From positions 93,500-157,499 of the forward strand of contig CAKTYU010000001.1 in assembly GCA_934633985.1 (NCBI GenBank): DNA of 64,000 nt, written 5' to 3'. A program made the position numbers and the translations under genes. Source of the stretch: an uncultured Clostridia bacterium. GTDB taxonomy: Bacteria > Bacillota > Clostridia > Christensenellales > CAG-138. Under the pieces are notes generated by a model. That model was given only the letters and a program-made list of their open reading frames with translations, made no database searches and was not told the origin of the DNA. This document shows positions 63,801 through 64,000 of this stretch, piece after piece (position 1 is the stretch's first letter; each line of letters begins with the position of its first letter).

Positions 63801-64000
63801 GGGCATATACGCATACCAAACGGAATACGGCGTATGTGCAAGGAACCTGCTGGATAAGGAGGGCGGCGACGCGGCGTATATCGCCCTGATAAACGGCGAG
63901 GCCGAAAAATGCTCAGACCGGGAGGCGATATTCCGCCGAGGCTGGGACGCTGAGGAGCTGTTGGACGGCGGCGGGCAGGGCGGGGCCTCGGCCCTGCGCA
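57895..64000 (+). CDS. Giant cyclic beta-1,2-glucan synthase-like protein (GT84-like glycosyltransferase region plus GH94-like phosphorylase region), 5' 2035 codons; continues beyond the window
   Basis: Absent from the ORF track because there is no stop in the window. GGAGG lies 5 nt before ATG 57895. Reading the frame by eye, I found no stop codon through 64000. GKGIFRIRTFMDTAMRWIPENTVLSHDMLEG resembles the ChvB/NdvB GT domain. LPMPWCNVIANDTFGCIVTERGGGHTWRGNSREHKLTPWYDSP resembles the GH94 N-terminal region. Several TM segments lie between them. Confidence 0.85.
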   Translation, partial: MLPNRTYNELNESCFSQTELSEEARLRAGLSARKNRRSSLQLTADRKALIAAYRKTQEGEEQWGALEALFRDFYIVERVLNGCDERPRRLPVLLHGSHAGLPRVYDIAACIAGRRDGHVDEATVYAFMEAYQGVTPLTMAEVAELPNMLNAALIKLLALECERALEAEDSLEAARNAAAQLERIGERARREAVIDRLELGENAVLCECLYGMMRERDEGIAELMAAKLRLEDKSIDGLCAKAAAMRRRSAQRADNAIRSLRCIGCMDWDKAFEELSVTDRELRRDGVYGSMDGRSRSYYRASVERLSARLGAAEQVIARQAVRLAQGGEGKEGQAGWYLFMEGRERLYNALRPDMRFKKGGEDKKLWKFEIFNIALALLLIRLGAAAGIAPLILAIIPAWTVASGISVRLWLRFSPRRVIPRIAEENLNGGNKTLIAVPALVTDEECLRAVFERMEEHYLATRLKGCCYAVLGDFKDSPKERERGEGGLLNLERELTARLNKKYPSGEEKPLFYCLHRRRSLAAADGVYMGRERKRGAICDLVRLICEGEREPFCLITGELPKGIEYCITLDSDTVLPPGAAAELIGCMEHPLNAPEVSGGTVRRGYGMIAPRMASTPKGAARSFFARIISGSAGVDGYFPTAPEFYQDVFGCGSFGGKGIFRIRTFMDTAMRWIPENTVLSHDMLEGCFCGCGYAGDIALYDSEPDSFIAWWKRQHRWLRGDWQLLPFLRDWIRDAEGVKRDNPLSWLSKRKILDNLRRCILPGSVLYAVLLMPYTGGGWHIALALFALCDGFFTELITLPFRAALTRNADPLGMAADMLTPAARAGLDIMALPYASARSGDAQRRTLYRMLVSRRHMLEWQTAAQANSRPRGINGYYGALCVCPLMGIIMAAGAILGKTPVIAALFAALWCAMPAAIWALDKRPPKEVLRIGDRELLEDIAESTWAFFEAFAGEGRGCLPPDNLQQEPEKRPAVNTSPTNIGMAMAAAVAAAELGLITADELEKRLSCTMDTVDKMQRWHGHLYNWYRTDTLEVMSPRYVSTVDSGNFCACLITGAMALKKYGREDTAARLERAALETDFSALYDGERRLFRIGYDGDSCELSDSWYDLLASESRLTSLIAVALGGVRPEHWFKLGRQMAPVLGGTLVSWSGTMFEYLMPVLFTGAAPDTLLYNSCKNAVKAQKRQRYGGVWGISESGYYAFDRNMYYQYRAFGLGRLSLMSCRERGRVISPYSTMLALAFDPRGACENIRRLAEAGGSGPYGMYEALDYTEGRRDARTDHAVVKSFMAHHQGMSLCAIANALCDGAITKHFMSYPAMRAFEILTEEAAPKRGIRIKPLHSAEGKVQKNGARRRARPRIIRERHGIPECQLLTNGSYTLFLTEDGDGFSRCGDIMLTRWRPDSIRGGNGVRIVVRCGNEAWDTARGAEAVFYPHRAEFNSARGGISCRMEICAAAGQNGEVRRITVKNTGAEERHIEIGAFFDVCMSRQAADTAHPSFNRLTVDAHMRDGALLFEKRGRDAGWLCCRLISKGQVHYCADRLKALGRLKTPEQAMLQPMPQAESAECPVLPYFGARSEVAVAPGEGQELWLIMGYAESEERALEDCRELHGRLGDCFAMSEAQTDGLLRETATEYGKAELFERMAARLLLEIPVRHGAIGPGGREALWRHGISGDRPVVLAEIRRITELRLLRSLMEFSKYMAKRLLPVDVIAVGRYPGEYRNELRERMAAIMAEEIGCGRAHLINGFELKEGEMAALRCAAMLEIRADTSLNRQLAPTAAGEAELRSYNGYKHGCIDIMRPELSFDNGLGGFDRNGEYAITLEAGQSLPMPWCNVIANDTFGCIVTERGGGHTWRGNSREHKLTPWYDSPAEDTQGELLLITDTASGETFSPFASLMQGRRIIRHGYGYSEFLSGDCGLKTSLTVFVHERLNAKYSALSIENPGRERRELSVMYGVEWALGPEQRRQGIYAYQTEYGVCARNLLDKEGGDAAYIALINGEAEKCSDREAIFRRGWDAEELLDGGGQGGASALR

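Noticed and set aside
1-64000. Search for CRISPR arrays, rRNA and tRNA genes.
   Set aside because: I noticed no regularly spaced direct repeats, no rRNA-like conserved blocks and no cloverleaf-sized GC-rich intergenic segments. The intergenic regions are accounted for by promoters, terminators and the repeat families described. A tRNAscan/Infernal run would be needed for certainty.

Overview
High-GC, spore-forming Firmicutes (Clostridia-type) chromosomal window; ATA-Ile and AGG-Arg codons are frequent. From 27.4 to 57.8 kb lies the conserved Firmicutes housekeeping block: ireB-ruvX, rpsB-tsf-pyrH-frr-uppS-cdsA-dxr-rseP-ispG-polC, rimP-nusA-ylxR-L7Ae-infB-rbfA-nrnA-truB-ribF-rpsO, pnp, ylxY-like deacetylase, M16 peptidase, yggS-sepF-DivIVA. 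It is preceded by an Rrf2-nifS-nifU operon. The left part holds a serine-palmitoyltransferase-like gene plus an SDR, a PadR/HAAS/SEDS-like pair, pepT, and an uncharacterised ABC importer. That importer sits behind a candidate Tyr-rich leader-peptide attenuator. Main finding: the sporulation operon cotJA-cotJB-cotJC (minus strand, 22788 down to 21864) has cotJC split in two. Codons 1-135 are at 22268..21864 and the remaining 67 codons are at 9335..9132 on the same strand. The 12,528 bp in between (9334..21861) carry a large serine recombinase at one end. The element termini are 28-nt inverted repeats flanking a shared GCAGA core, so in-silico excision restores an intact 202-aa CotJC and yields a 58-bp palindromic attP centred on GA. 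This is the architecture of a skin/SPbeta-type sporulation-gene intervening element, but it has no phage genes. Its cargo is a LysR-linked selenium/sulfur-trafficking cluster (YedF, cysteine desulfurase-like, two DUF3343, C_GCAxxG_C_C, TDT transporter, double-cubane-cluster-type dehydratase homolog) and a pstSCAB operon whose pstS is frameshifted. Two real genes are missing from the supplied ORF track because they run off the window. One is an SDR N-terminus (1..133, minus). The other is an ORF of at least 2035 codons for a cyclic beta-1,2-glucan synthase-like protein (57895..64000, plus). No rRNA, tRNA or CRISPR array was seen.
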